Below, piece after piece: positions 50,346-63,050 of a DNA stretch of 64,000 nucleotides (position 1 is the first letter of the stretch; the number at the start of each line of letters is the position of its first letter). Source of the DNA: Hypanus sabinus. Its lineage: Eukaryota. Both the position numbers and the translations under genes were made by a program. The notes under the pieces are model-generated. The model was given only the letters and a program-made list of their open reading frames with translations, searched no databases and was not told the origin of the DNA. The DNA lies in assembly GCF_030144855.1 (NCBI RefSeq), contig NC_082718.1:90148001-90212000 (forward strand). Reading direction: 5' to 3'.

Positions 50346-51195
50346 TTAAAGTTAATAGAATATACAAAATATGAAAGGATATTAAAGTAAGGAAAACTAA
50401 AGGTACTTCGATATATCTACAGGGCAAATAGATAAAGAGCTCAAGAAACCATATGGGATTCTTTTTTTCTTTGGAAGAGGTGTAGAATGCTAGTTAAGCC
50501 GCAGAGTACTGCATAGTTCTGTTTATCGCATTACAGGAAAAACTTGCTAAAACAGGCTCAGATAATGATCTTCAAGGATGTTGCACAGCGTGGAGTGGTT
50601 CAGTTATAAGGAAAGGTGTCTAGGCTGGGATTTTGTTTCCTTTGGGACAGAGGTGCCTGAGGGGAGATTTTGGTGGGATGATTACATTATTAATGGCCTA
50701 CATAGGATGAACAAAGAGGATATCTTTCCCTTGGCAGATAACTGAAAGCCAAGAGGGAAGCTGAAGACTTATAAGGAAGTTGGCACTTTGATAAAGGTAA
50801 TATGGAAAATTGACTTCTTGATTCTAACTTATCAAAAAAAATTATAATGTCCTTAAGTTTAACAGATTAGTTACATTTATCTATATTGATCTTTACCTCT
50901 AGCTACTTTCTGAATTTAAATAGTTTTATGATTTCAAAATACTCTTTTAAATTTTAACAAAGAACTATGTGATCCAAGTGAACAACCTGCAGGGTCCGGA
51001 ATTTTGTATCTCGCATCAAAAATCAAGTGATCAATTTTAAGGAACATACTTGAAACAAAATTGATAGTCTGAATCAAGAAGACCAACTACAACTGTTTTG
51101 ATAGTGTTAGTACAAAGCTCAAAAAATGGAGACCCGAAAAAAGGCAGAATTCAAACCTAATTAGTATTATTTAGCAGAAGACTAGATATTGCTAC

Positions 51196-51353
51196 CTGAT
51201 AGCTACTTGAAGTTGAACTGGATACACTTGTAGGTGACAGAGTTGAAGACGCTTTATCAGTACTGAAGGAAAAACCACTGAACTGTTTCATTAAACTGTT
51301 AAAATTACTAGTACTTGGCACTTCTGGGGCAAAAAACGATGAGCCTTTCTTGT
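51196..51353 (-). CDS. TCTN1: Tectonic-1 exon 4 (YKKGSSFFAPEVP...SSYQ)
   Basis: 158 nt, phase-consistent, PEVPxxxNF motif. Confidence 0.9.
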
Positions 51354-52726
51354 CTGAGGATTAAAACACAAACATACAAACAGAAAAAGGTAGATTAGAA
51401 CATTTGAAAACAAACTTAAATATTAAAAATATACACATATATTGTTGTTCAGAAAGAAATGGTGAAAACTATAAACATATGCCTTCATTTACAAAAGCTG
51501 CAACCATTGGTCAGATATGATGCTTTATCTTGAACACACAAGGGACTGCAGATGCTGGAAGCTGGCGCAAAAAAACAAACTGTGTCCAGCAGCATTTTGT
51601 TTTGAGATCCTGCCCTTCATCCAAAACATTGATTATTGTCCTGCCCCTTCTCTCACATAACAGACACTGCTCAAACTGCTGAGCTCCTCCAGCACTTTGT
51701 TGTTTTGCTTCAGACCCCAGAATCTGCCACTTCTCATGTCTAAAGGATGCTTTTCTTTTCTGTTTTGTGCCTAGAATTATAAGAGGTTTATATGGTGCCA
51801 TTACAATTATTTAAGTTTTCATTAATTTTTTAAAGTACTTTTATTGTTCTAATTTGGTCTTTATCTTCTAGATCAATAAGTTTATTTGCCATATTTCATC
51901 AAATAATAAATACATAATGTAATAAATAAACTGTGAAAAAAACTAATCTAAATACAGAAAAACAACAATCTGCCATCCGACTACATGGAAACTTCAACGG
52001 CATAGTATCTGGGTCACTGAATGCAGATTCCCTCAGTCCCTTTCACACACCAGGACCCATGCTCCCTTCTGTATCCAGTGCTCACTTGAAACTCACCTAG
52101 TTTTACTACCAGCATTCTTTTGAAATCTACTGGGTTCACTAAAAAAAAATTATTATATTGCATAAAATCTAAAAAAAAAGTCCCCTTTTAGTTTTTTTTT
52201 GGAAACGTGACTGAAGAACAAAATCACTGTCTTCACTTAAATGCTTTTTAAAACCTGTGTGTGAGTGAGAGTGAGAGTGATCAGCATGCTAGAATAATTT
52301 ATCGTACAATATTTTTGTAAATACTCATGAAGCAGTGCCACATGACTACAATATACATTTTATGTACAGTAATACTATTCATATCATCTATACAGGCAAA
52401 GATAGGAGCCTCAGTAAAAGCAGATCAGAATTTGGAGGCTATGTGCAGAAATTACTTCCTAAATTATTCTTTAAAAGTCAATTTATTTTCAATTAGATCA
52501 ATTAAAGAAAATTACAGTAAGATTTTTTTCAATATTTGAAATATAATGAACACTTGATAAATGAAGCACAAATAGATCATCGATACTAGTTGAGCATATT
52601 AGTTTCCACTAAAAAATCTCATATATGAAATCCTGTGTTTCACTGCCATACATAAAAACAAGATCATTCAGTTATGCAGCATTATTAACAAGTGTAGAAG
52701 TTAAGTGCCATTTTGCATTGCATTTT

Positions 52727-55700
52727 CTTTTTCTTTTTAAATCTTTTTATTAGTTTTAAACAAACATAAATGAAACAGGAATACAAAGTGTTTGAGAGTA
52801 CATAATTAATAGTTTAAATAGACATTCAGATACGTAATAATAAAAATATATAACCTCTCAAACTCAGAACATTAATGAACAAAGAAAAAAAAAGAAAAAA
52901 CCCAAAAAAAAGAGGGAAAAAAAGCAAAAAAAAAACTAACCAACATGGGCCATTGAATAATATTAAGTACATATACAGTAGTGCCAATAACTCCGAACCT
53001 CCATCCAATTAATTAAGGATAATATAAGTAAGGTTTAGGAAAAGACAATTCAACTCATGTGAAAATGTTGAATAAAAGGTCTCCAAGTTCCTTCAAATTT
53101 AACTGAAGAATCAAAAACCACACTTCTAATTTTTTCTAAACTCAAACAAGAAATTGTTTGAGAAAACCACTGAAATACAGTTGGAGGATTAATTTCTTTC
53201 CAATTCAATAAAATAGATCTTCTAGCCATTAATGTAACAAATGCAATCATTCGTTGAGATGAAGCGGATAAACGATTATTAACCGTCATTGGTAAACCGA
53301 AAATTGCAGTAAGAGGATGCGGTTGAAAATTAATATTTAAAACTCTTGAAATAATACTGAAAATATCTTTCCAATAATTTTGTAAACAAGGACAAGACCA
53401 GAACATATGAGTCAATGAAGCAACATCAGAATGACATCTATCGCAGGTTGAGTTAAGATGAGAATAAAATCGAGCCAGTTTATCCTTAGACATATGAGCT
53501 CTATGTACAACCTTAAATTGTATTAGGGCATGTTTAGCACAAATACAGGATGAATTTACCAATAATAAAATTTTTTCCCATTGCTCAGTAGATATAGGAC
53601 AATGCAACTCTTCTTGCTATTCCTTCTTAATTTTTTCTGATACATCTAACTGTAAATTCATGATCATCTTATAAATGATGGCTACTAAACCCTTTTGATA
53701 AGGATTAAGAGCTAAAATTCTATCTGTAATGTCCAATGGACATTCTTTTGAAAAAGACTGTAACTCATTATACAAAAAACTTCTAACTTGAAAATATCTT
53801 AAAAAAAATGGGTTTTAGGTAAATTATATTTATTAGATAGCTGTTCAAAGGACATAATGTTATCATCCAGAAACAGATCACGAAAACATGTTATACCTTT
53901 TGTTTTCCATAAAAGAAAAGCTTGATCCATAGATGAAGGCCGAAAAAAATAATTAGATATTATAGGACATGATAAAATAAATTTATTCAAACCAAAAAAT
54001 TTACCAAATTGAAACCAAATTCGTAATGTATATCTGACTATAGGATTAGTTATCTGTTTATTCAATTTGAATAAAGAAAAGGAAATGAAGATCCTAAGAT
54101 TGAAATCAGTGAAAAATCTTGCACAGATTTACATTCCAAATTTACCCATTGTGGGCAAGTAGCTATAGTCCATTCTTGTGTCCAGAATATTAAATACCGC
54201 ATATTGACTGCCCAATAGTAAAATCTTAAGTTTGGTAAAGCCTCCTTCTTAGGCTTCTGTAAATATTTTTTACCCAATCTAGGATTTTTGTTCTGCCACA
54301 AGTAAGAAGATATTTTAGTGTCAATAGTATCAAAAAAAGCTTTAGGAATAAAAATTGGTAATGCTTGAAATAAATATAAGAATTTAGGTAGTATCATCAT
54401 CTTAATAGCAATAACTCTACCAACCAATGACAAAGATAGTGGAGACCACCTAATAGCAAGTTGCTTAATTTGATCAATTAAAGGTAAAAAGTTAACCTTA
54501 AATAAATCTTTGTTTTTTAGTAATTTTAATACCTAGGTAAGTAAAATAATCTGTAACAATTTTATATGGTAAATGTTTATAATTTACCAATAATTTACCA
54601 GACTTATCTCCATGCATATAGAATTGAGTTTTTGATTTAATTAACTGACTTTCAATCGAAGAGGATAATAATAAACTATGTTCCATTTGACGTTCCACTC
54701 TTTCTTTATAAAGTTCTTTACTAGGGGTCATTGAATAAATCTTATCAATTGCTTTGATTTTATAAACTAATGTTAATATTTTAGAATTAGTTTGTTTCCT
54801 AACTCCAGCAGAGTATGAAATAATCTGTCCACGAATATATGCTTTAAAAGTATCCCACAAAATTCCACTAGAGATCTCTGCTGTAAAATTTGTTGAGAAA
54901 AACAAATCAATTTGTTGTTTAATAAAGTTAACAAAGTCTAAATCCTGCAATAAAATAGGATTAAACCTCCAAAATTTAGCATTGATATATGAATCCGTTA
55001 TTTTAATAGATAACTTCAGAGGTGCATGATCAGGTATGGTAATACAGTCATATTTACAATCAGTAACATCTGTGAGTAAATGGTGATCAATGAAAAAGTA
55101 ATCAATTCTTGAGTAATTATGATAAACATGGGAAAAGTATGAAAATCCTTTGTCATTAGGGTGTAGAAAACGCCAAATTTCACAAATAGCTGAACCAATC
55201 ATAAAAGAGTTAATAAGAGAAGCCGATTTATTCGGAAGAGTTTTGGTAGGCTTGGATCTATCCATCACAGTTAAAACATCACAGTTGTTGGATCTATCCA
55301 ACAACAGTTAAAATCCCCACCCATTATCAGTCTATATTGATTCAGATTAGGAAAGGATGTAAATAAGCATTTAAAAAATTCAGGACAATCAGTATTTGGA
55401 GCATAAACGTTAACTAAAACAACTTTCTGATTAAAAAGTAGACCAGTAATAAGCAAAAATCTACCTTGTGGATCTGAAATTGTTTCATGATGTATAAAAG
55501 AAGTTGATGAGTCTATAAGAATAGGAACACCTCTTACTTTGGCTTGCGAATTTGCGTGATACTGTTGGCCCTTCCAAAACCTAAAAAAACATTGACTATC
55601 CACCTTCCTTACATGAGTCTCCTGCATAAAAATAACATTGGCATTCATTCTATGGAATATTTTGAATATTTTTTTTCGTTTGATCGGATGATTTAAACCA

Positions 55701-57486
55701 TTAGTATTCCAAGAAACAAAATTAATAATCCTATCCAAATTAACAATATTTATTACAGTTAACACATAAGTTTAAAAAAAAAGTGAACTCATGAACCCGG
55801 AAGAAGGAAGTGAGTTCAAGGAGAAACCGGAAGTCACGGCACTGCAACCATTTTTGTAGTTTCATATAGGCCCATGAAATAAATCTATGCAAAAAGCAAG
55901 CAAAAAGAGAAAAAAGAAAAAGAAAAATTCCGCTCCCTCCACCCCAGGAAAAAAGCCAAAAAGAGGCAAGCAGGCAATCTAATATTAAAATTACCCCCGT
56001 GTCTCAGGATGGCAACTCAGACAAAAAAAATTGAAAAAAATACAAACAACCCATATTATAAGAAAGGGTTAATATAACAAAAGTTAAAATATAAAATTAG
56101 TATTATATATATAAAACAAAAGGGTTAAAAAAATTAAATTGATAAAACCCATAAATAAATACTACTAAATTAGTATTTTAAATGAGAGTTTAAAACTTTC
56201 AAACTCATCAAAACGGATATGACGTTCCAAGCACTAGAGTCTGTCGGGAAGAAGAAACGCCATTTTTTTAAAAAATCTTAATATTTAAATGTTAAAAATA
56301 TAAAAAAGCTTATACAAACTTAAAAAAGGAACCCTAATCAGTTATTTTCAAGGTTAATAGATTAATAAAATATAAAAAATAATAAGATCAGAATAAACCA
56401 AAAAAAGAGTACTTTTACAATATATAAAAAATACATGTCAACCATACTTAAAAAAAACCCATCATTCTGTAAGAGATCGAAATTTATAGACTAATTATTA
56501 CATTAGTCAATCCGATAGAGTGTCATTGTTCCAAAAAACTTTGAGCATCCGCTGGAGATTTAAACAGCCGAACAGTTCCATTTTCAGAAGTAACTCTCAG
56601 ATGTGCTGGAAATAACAGCGCTTGCTTGTAGCCTTCCTGGTGAAATTTTGACATAACCGGTCTAAAAGCCATTCTTGCCCTTAAAACTTCAGGGCTATAA
56701 TCTTCCAAAATACGAAATTTAAATTCTTGAAAGTTAATCATACCCTTTTTCCGAGCTGCCCGAATCAGACGCTCTTTGATACGAGGGTAATGGATCCAGA
56801 GAATTACATGCCGTGGTTTATCTGAATCAGAATGATAGCGAGAGATACGGTGTGCACGATCAATTATTGGAGGAGAGTCCAGAACTTCTGAACCGAAGAC
56901 ATCCATTAGAAGTTTAGAAAAGACAACGGTAAGATCACTGCTCTCAAATTTTTCCGGAATCCCAATTAGCCGAAGATTTTGTCTTCGAGAGCGATTTTCA
57001 AGATCAGTAATTTTAGATTTATAACGATCCATCTGTTGAGAAGTCGAAGCTTGCTCGTGTTACAAAGTTTCGATAATATGTTCTTTCTTACGAGCGGCTT
57101 CTTCAAGTACCAAAATACTTGCTTGTTGTTTTTGTAGTTCCAGTGAAAGTGTTTTAAGTTCTCCTTCGAATGATTTTAAACGCTCATCAAACGCAAAAAG
57201 CTGTTCAGTAATTTTTCTCTCCAGACCCGCAAATTTATCTTCTATAAGCTTTACAATAGTTTCTAAAGTTATCGGTTCTTTCGTCTGTTTTGATTCTTTT
57301 ACTTTAGACATTTCAGAGAGTTGAAAATAGATCGAATAGTTAAAAAGAAAAATTCTGTATGTTTAAACCCCTTTAGAATAAGTATAAAAAGATCATTTAA
57401 GGGGTGTTTGTAGGTTAAGAAGACGTAAAAGGTTTGGAGCAAAGCCAAAAGCGGTTTACTCCATAAGCGCCATCTTGAGACCTCTC
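52727..57486 (-). mobile_element. L1-clade LINE copy B: intact 5' end, ORF1 (57311-56523, frameshifted), ORF2 endonuclease (from 55765), RT domain deleted
   Basis: ORF1 LENRSRRQNLRLIGIPE; EN SWNTNGL, QETH, GGDFN, SRIDY; 12-bp TSD GCATTGCATTTT (52715-52726, 57487-57498) at a TTTT/AAAA site. Confidence 0.95.
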
Positions 57487-57545
57487 GCATTGCATTTTAA
57501 AACAATTATGATATACATCATACACTGTCCAAAAAATACACTTAC

Positions 57546-57652
57546 AGTTGTTTGTCTCAATGCAGAATAGGTTGGGGTTGATCAAAGTCACAACTTCACT
57601 ACTATTTGTAGAGTACATTGCTGCATCTTGTCTGCAAAGTTCATTGTCACCC
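57546..57652 (-). CDS. TCTN1: Tectonic-1 exon 3 (GDNELCRQ...INPNLFCIETNN)
   Basis: AG/GT bounded, frame-consistent, similar to human INPSIFCI. Confidence 0.93.
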
Positions 57653-58589
57653 CTGCACAGAAATCAAGAAATGTTGATATAATTATCAATTGATGTTTTA
57701 ACTTTTATTGAATAAATGGACATCAAGGAATTAAAATAATGTGGGTGGCATTTAATAGTGATATAGATCAAGCACTGAAATTATACCTAAACTGAAAAAC
57801 ACAGTAGCTTGATCAATAGAATAAGACCAGAATTTCTTTCCCAGTATATTACAACATTCATAATCAATTACTCTCTCAGGAGCTCCCCTCCCCAATATAT
57901 CTGTAGATTGCTAGATGAGACTTTTGCTAATGAGGCAACAGTTAAAGTCTGCACACCTTTCTGCCTTCTGAAAAACAAGCTCTTCGAAGATCAACATCTC
58001 AAACCGGTACAAAACTCATGTTCCACTGGGTGGCAGTGATATAGGTGTTCCTCCTATGTGTTTATGAGAACTGAACTATCAATGGCAGGCAATTCAAAGC
58101 ACAGGAAAGATATATGAGATGGCAGGTGGTCAAGGTCAATATGAGATATGAGCACAAGAAGAGGAGCCAGTGTAAGGAAGTCAGCAAGCAAAATGGTGAT
58201 GGATGAGCTGAGAGTTACTTCAAGATAGAATGGAAATAGTACTTACTCATGAGCTGTTTTGAAATCTCATCCCATAATCAAACAACATACTAATTTTTTA
58301 AAAAAGCCTGGCTTAACCTCAACTAGTTGTGATGAAGAGAAATAGAATAAGAGGGCAAGCTTTGGGATTGGGACCATAAGAAATACTATCAATCCACCCA
58401 ATGGCTTAATTTTTTTTTAAATCCCATTTGTATCATATAATTTGCGTTTGAAATAGTGATAAATCAGACAAATCAGAAGAATTTAAAAAAGAACAAGGTC
58501 ATTTGTGTACACCTAGAGTTCAATTTTCTGATGTCAAGGAAAAACATTTAAGAGAGAAACAGAAAGGGTTCAGCACAGAACCTTGTGTG

Positions 58590-59260
58590 TAACGTTCAAA
58601 AGTATATTAAAGAGGATACCAAAAGTTTCTTCAGAAACATGAAATGTAAGACAGATGAGAGTGGATATTGGATTGCTGGAGAGGTAGTAACGGGGGACAA
58701 CAAGGAAATGGCAGATGAACTGAATAAATATTTTGCATCAGTCTTCACTGCGGAAGACACTGCCAGTATGCCAGGTTCAAATTACTAGAGAGAAGGGGAA
58801 TGAGAAACTGAAAGGTCTGAAGGTAGATAAGTCACCTGGACCAGATGGTGTACACCCCAAGGTTCTGAAAGAGGTGGCTGATGAAATTGTGGCGGCATTA
58901 GTAATCATATTTCAAGAATCACTAAATTCTGGAATAGTTTTAGAACACTGGAAAATTGCAAATGTCACACCACTCTTCAGGAATGGAGAGAGGCAAAAGA
59001 AAGGAAATTATAGGCCAGTAAGTCTGACCTTAGTGGTTGGGAAGATGCTGGAATCAATTCTTAAGCATGTGGTTTCGGGGTACTTGGAGTTATATGATAA
59101 ATAAGCTGTAGTCAGCATGGTTTCCTCAAGGGAAAGTCTTGTGTGACAAATCTGTTGGAAATTTCTAAAGAAATAACAAGCAGGATAGACAAAACAGAAC
59201 CAGTTGACGTTGTGCCCTTGGATTCGCAGAAGACCTTCAACAAGGTACCACACATGAGGC
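58590..59260 (+). mobile_element. CR1 LINE internal fragment
   Basis: KSPGPDGVHPKVLKE and NYRPVSLT peptides. Confidence 0.8.
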
Positions 59261-59751
59261 TACGTTCAATGCATAGAAAATAATCCACCTTCCATCAGCC
59301 TGCACTTTCACGATCACAAAATAACTTGCCCAAAGATCCAAAGGACTCTAGACAGATTTTTCAGGTGATAATAAATTAAGATGCTAAACTTCAACACTGA
59401 TTCATTCTAACAAAAAAAAATGGTTTTGAATGTTATATCAGTTCTTCAAGATTTGGAAACTCCAAACAGGATCATAAATCAAGTATGATAGTGACATGGA
59501 AAGTGGAAAGAACAACATAGAATTAGATGGCAGAAGATGGGTGTGGATACTGAAGCAAAGGCACAGACACCTTGTGGGCATCTTCAGTCATTTCATTCCA
59601 GCCTGTAGAATCACACATCAATAAAATAATTCAAATTACATTTTATATTGATGATATACTATATTTATTGGTTACAAGTAGAAATGCTGTAATTGCTTTC
59701 AATACAAGTGTAAGTAATAGATGAATTAACCCATTTCCCAGTTTAACTTAC

Positions 59752-59872
59752 GTGACAATATGGACATCACAGGTTGAGAAGGTAGATCGATCTGATGACA
59801 TACAGTCTGGATCACAGCAGCAATTTACATCACATTGTCCAACTAGTAAGTTACAGACACACAAAGTACGAA
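59752..59872 (-). CDS. TCTN1: Tectonic-1 exon 2 ([21 protein letters not shown])
   Basis: Tectonic Cys motif; 121 nt; AG/GTAAGT. Confidence 0.97.
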
Positions 59873-61843
59873 CTGAAAAAGCAAAATTATACTGCTGTTA
59901 CCTTAGCAATGACTTTTTAAGTTAAGAAACACTGATCCTTAAACAAATAACTGTTATCCGTAATCCAGTTATAGCTGGTAGCACTTACACTTTCTTCAAG
60001 GCTTAGTCAATGAGCATATATTTTGGCAGATACTTCATTGGATTCCCAAGACTGTGCTACATTATTTAAAGAGCTCATTTTTAGATGGGTGATTAAACCA
60101 ACACCCCATCTATTCTCAGATAAAGGTAACTGACCCCTGAGTTTACCAGAAACCTGTCCTGGCAAAGCACAAGTGCTACCTGCTACAATACTGTGCAAAA
60201 ATTTAATAGAGCAAAAATATGTTTCCACCTCCAGTTTGACTACTTCTAATGATCTAGCTTCTACCATCCACCAGGAGTTCCCTCTGTGAAAAGAAATTTC
60301 TACATATTTCACCTTTAAATTATCAGATTCTCGTTGTTATATACCCTCAATGGAGATTCTCTCACGAATCAAGGGATATGGGGACAAGGCAGGGACTGGG
60401 TATTGATAGTGAATGATCAGCCATGATCTCAGAATGGTGGTGCAGACACGAGGGGCCAAATGGTCTACTTCTGCACCTATTGTCTATTGAATGTATACAC
60501 CCCAATATTTACCCAGTCAATTCCCTTTAGGATTTTATATGCTTGAATAAATTCACCCTATTCTTCTAAGCTCCAAGGAACACAGGCCCAAACTATTTAG
60601 ACTCTCTTGGTAGGATAGCTCTCTCATTCCAGAAATTACCCTATTGAATCTCCTTTCTGCAGCCTCCAGTGTCACTACATTTCTTTTTTGGACAAGGAGA
60701 CCAGAACTGAGTGCAGTTCAGGTGAGACCTCACTGACACCCAGTAAAATTGCAACAAAACCTCCCTATTTTTAAACTTCAACCTTCTCAACAGAGAAGAG
60801 GAAGCTAGCATAGGTCAGCCATGATCATGTATTTGCCCTCTTAGCTGTGTGTTGGACCTGCCTGATAGCATTTGTGATTCATGTACTAGAACATCCAGAT
60901 CCTTCTGTTCTTCACTTCCTTGCAGTCTATTTAGCTAATTATCTGCCATTGATTTCTCTGACCAAAGTGTATGATCTCACAACTCCCCTAATTAAATTCC
61001 ATCTTCTCTCTCACCCAATCTATCTACATGCAGGATTTCATCACCCTCCCACCTAATTTTGTATCACCAGCAAATCTGGAAACCTTACCTTTTTGTTCCT
61101 TCCTCCAGGTCAATAATGCAAGCAGTGACCAACTGCAAGCCAAGAACTAATCCTGTAGTACACTAGTTTGTTTATTCCAGTCTGAAAAGGACCCATTTAT
61201 TCCAATTGCCTGAGACAGTCAGTTCTCAATCTATTATAACTCACTTCATCCGATACCATGGGCTTTTAATAAATGCTCTAACCTCTCATATGGTACCGTG
61301 TCAAAAACTTTTTGGAAGTCTAAATATTCTACATCTACAGGTTCCCCTCCATCGCCCTCCCCAATTCCACCCTCAAAGAATCCGAGCAAATTTGTTAAAC
61401 AATAATAGAAAGCCAAACAGGCAGCAATCATGGAGTAAATGTTGGGATGACTGTACAAATGAAGTATGACAGTGAAGGGGATTCATGAATAAAAATGTCC
61501 ATGGTGGTGGGCATGCAAGTACAGTGAATTATAGCGGGAAATCAAAGACTGGAAATGTTGATCATCTGAAATGGTTGGGACTCAATGTTGAGTCCTGAAG
61601 ACTACAACATGTAAGGTGAGATGATGTGTTGTTTGGGAAATGTTACTGGAACAATTTAAGAGGCCAAGGGGAGAGATCATTGGAAAATTAAAACGCCGGC
61701 ATTACGAATCATGTTTGCTATTTCAAGCTCTCACAGCAAAAGTAGGACTTGCAGTGAATTTCGCGAAAATCTGCTGACAATGCAAGATTCTGTGAAGTGA
61801 TCCTAAGAGCAGGCAAGCTAAATAAAACCATAAAGTTTCCTAC

Positions 61844-62075
61844 CGTTTATTTTAAGATCTGGCAAGTTGCTTGCCCGGGGCAGAGCCACCTTTGGGGCCA
61901 CTTGAGTAGTTGGTTTGGGTTTTGTTGTATGTGTGGGATTTTCGGTGCTGCCAGAGGGACTCGAAGTGCTGATTCGTTCCGCGAATTTATCGGCTCGCAC
62001 TTCAAGCACCGCGTCGGTCGGCCCCTGGACGAGGAACCATGCCCAAACCATCCACAGGGAGACCGACCCGTCCAT
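61844..62075 (-). CDS. TCTN1: Tectonic-1 exon 1 (signal peptide MDGSVSLWMVWAWFLVQG..., T/P-rich linker)
   Basis: ATG in GCGATGG context with an in-frame stop upstream, hydrophobic leader, phase-1 donor G|GTAGGA matching exon 2. Confidence 0.85.
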
Positions 62076-63050
62076 CGCTGTGGGCAACCATTAAACAACC
62101 GCCAACATCCGCTTCCTGTACACCACCGGGGAGGACTGGCAGAAAAAATAACCGTTCATTTGCCACAATAGGACTCGACTTCCACACAAGTTTTGTCAAC
62201 GCGAGTAAATAAATCACATCCGTTAGTGCAATGCTATAATCCTGTGAGGAAAACCCCCGCTCTCTTTTTTTTTGGAAAAAGCAATTCGTCAGGAATTTTC
62301 GACGGCAAAACCGCACGCAAGGAGTTTCTTACTTTAAATCTTAGAGTTGAAATTTTTTTTAAAAAAAAGCACGCGCGTTGGTGGGCTTTTGTTTTTGATT
62401 GACTGATTTTTGGAGGCCGACGGCGGTCAGGCGGAGGCGATGGTGGCGTCAGAGCGGGCGGATGACGCAGGGTCCCTGCCAGTGACGTTGCCGGGGAGTC
62501 ACGAGAGCGGCGAGCTCGAGCTGCACCGGGAGCTCGGTCAGGTTCAGGCGAGACCGCGGTGTGTGTGCGCGCGTGCTCGTGCTCCGTGTGAGGAAGATGG
62601 CGATCGCCAGACGGAGTTTCGGCGCTGCGCTCCACCTCGGTCGGCGACTTTGAGCGGCAAAGAGTTTTATAAGCACGCGGGTGGACGGGGAAGGAGGAGA
62701 GCGGGTCGGCTGCGTTTACACTTCCCTTTCCCCCCCCCCCTCCTTCACGACGTGTGAGTGATCGAGCCGGCGAGGTCCCTTCGTGAGGAGAGAGTCACCG
62801 TGGGCTGGAAGGTCGCCGAGGTCCCGGGCTTGCGGGGATGTTCTCGGTTTTGTCCTGTGGAAGACTGGTGGCCAGGGCGGTGTTGGGAGGACTTTCCCAG
62901 ACGGACTCTCGGGATTATAGCCTGGTTACGGCCAGTTGCGGCTTCGGGAAGGACTTCAGGAAAGGGATTTTAAAGAAAGGAATGTGCTACGGAGACGACG
63001 CGTGTTTCATAGCCAAGCACAGGAGTGCCGATGTTTTGGGTGAGCAAGTC
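61950..63050. promoter_or_regulatory. CpG island, bidirectional TCTN1/PPTC7 promoter
   Basis: GC/CpG-rich; divergent ATGs at 62075 (-) and 62838 (+); YY1-like AAGATGGCG near 62594; TGACG half-sites. Confidence 0.85.
62838..63039 (+). CDS. PPTC7: Protein phosphatase PTC7 homolog, exon 1 (gene continues beyond the window)
   Basis: [23 protein letters not shown]...[19 protein letters not shown]; donor G|GTGAGC; synteny with TCTN1. Confidence 0.97.

Noticed and set aside
37037-54600. L1 copies A and B as a segmental duplication or assembly duplicate
   Set aside because: Different TSDs and flanks, and private mutations in each copy
62234-62757. GC-rich ORFs between TCTN1 and PPTC7
   Set aside because: Typical stop-poor CpG-island frames with no homology; the region is promoter/5' UTR
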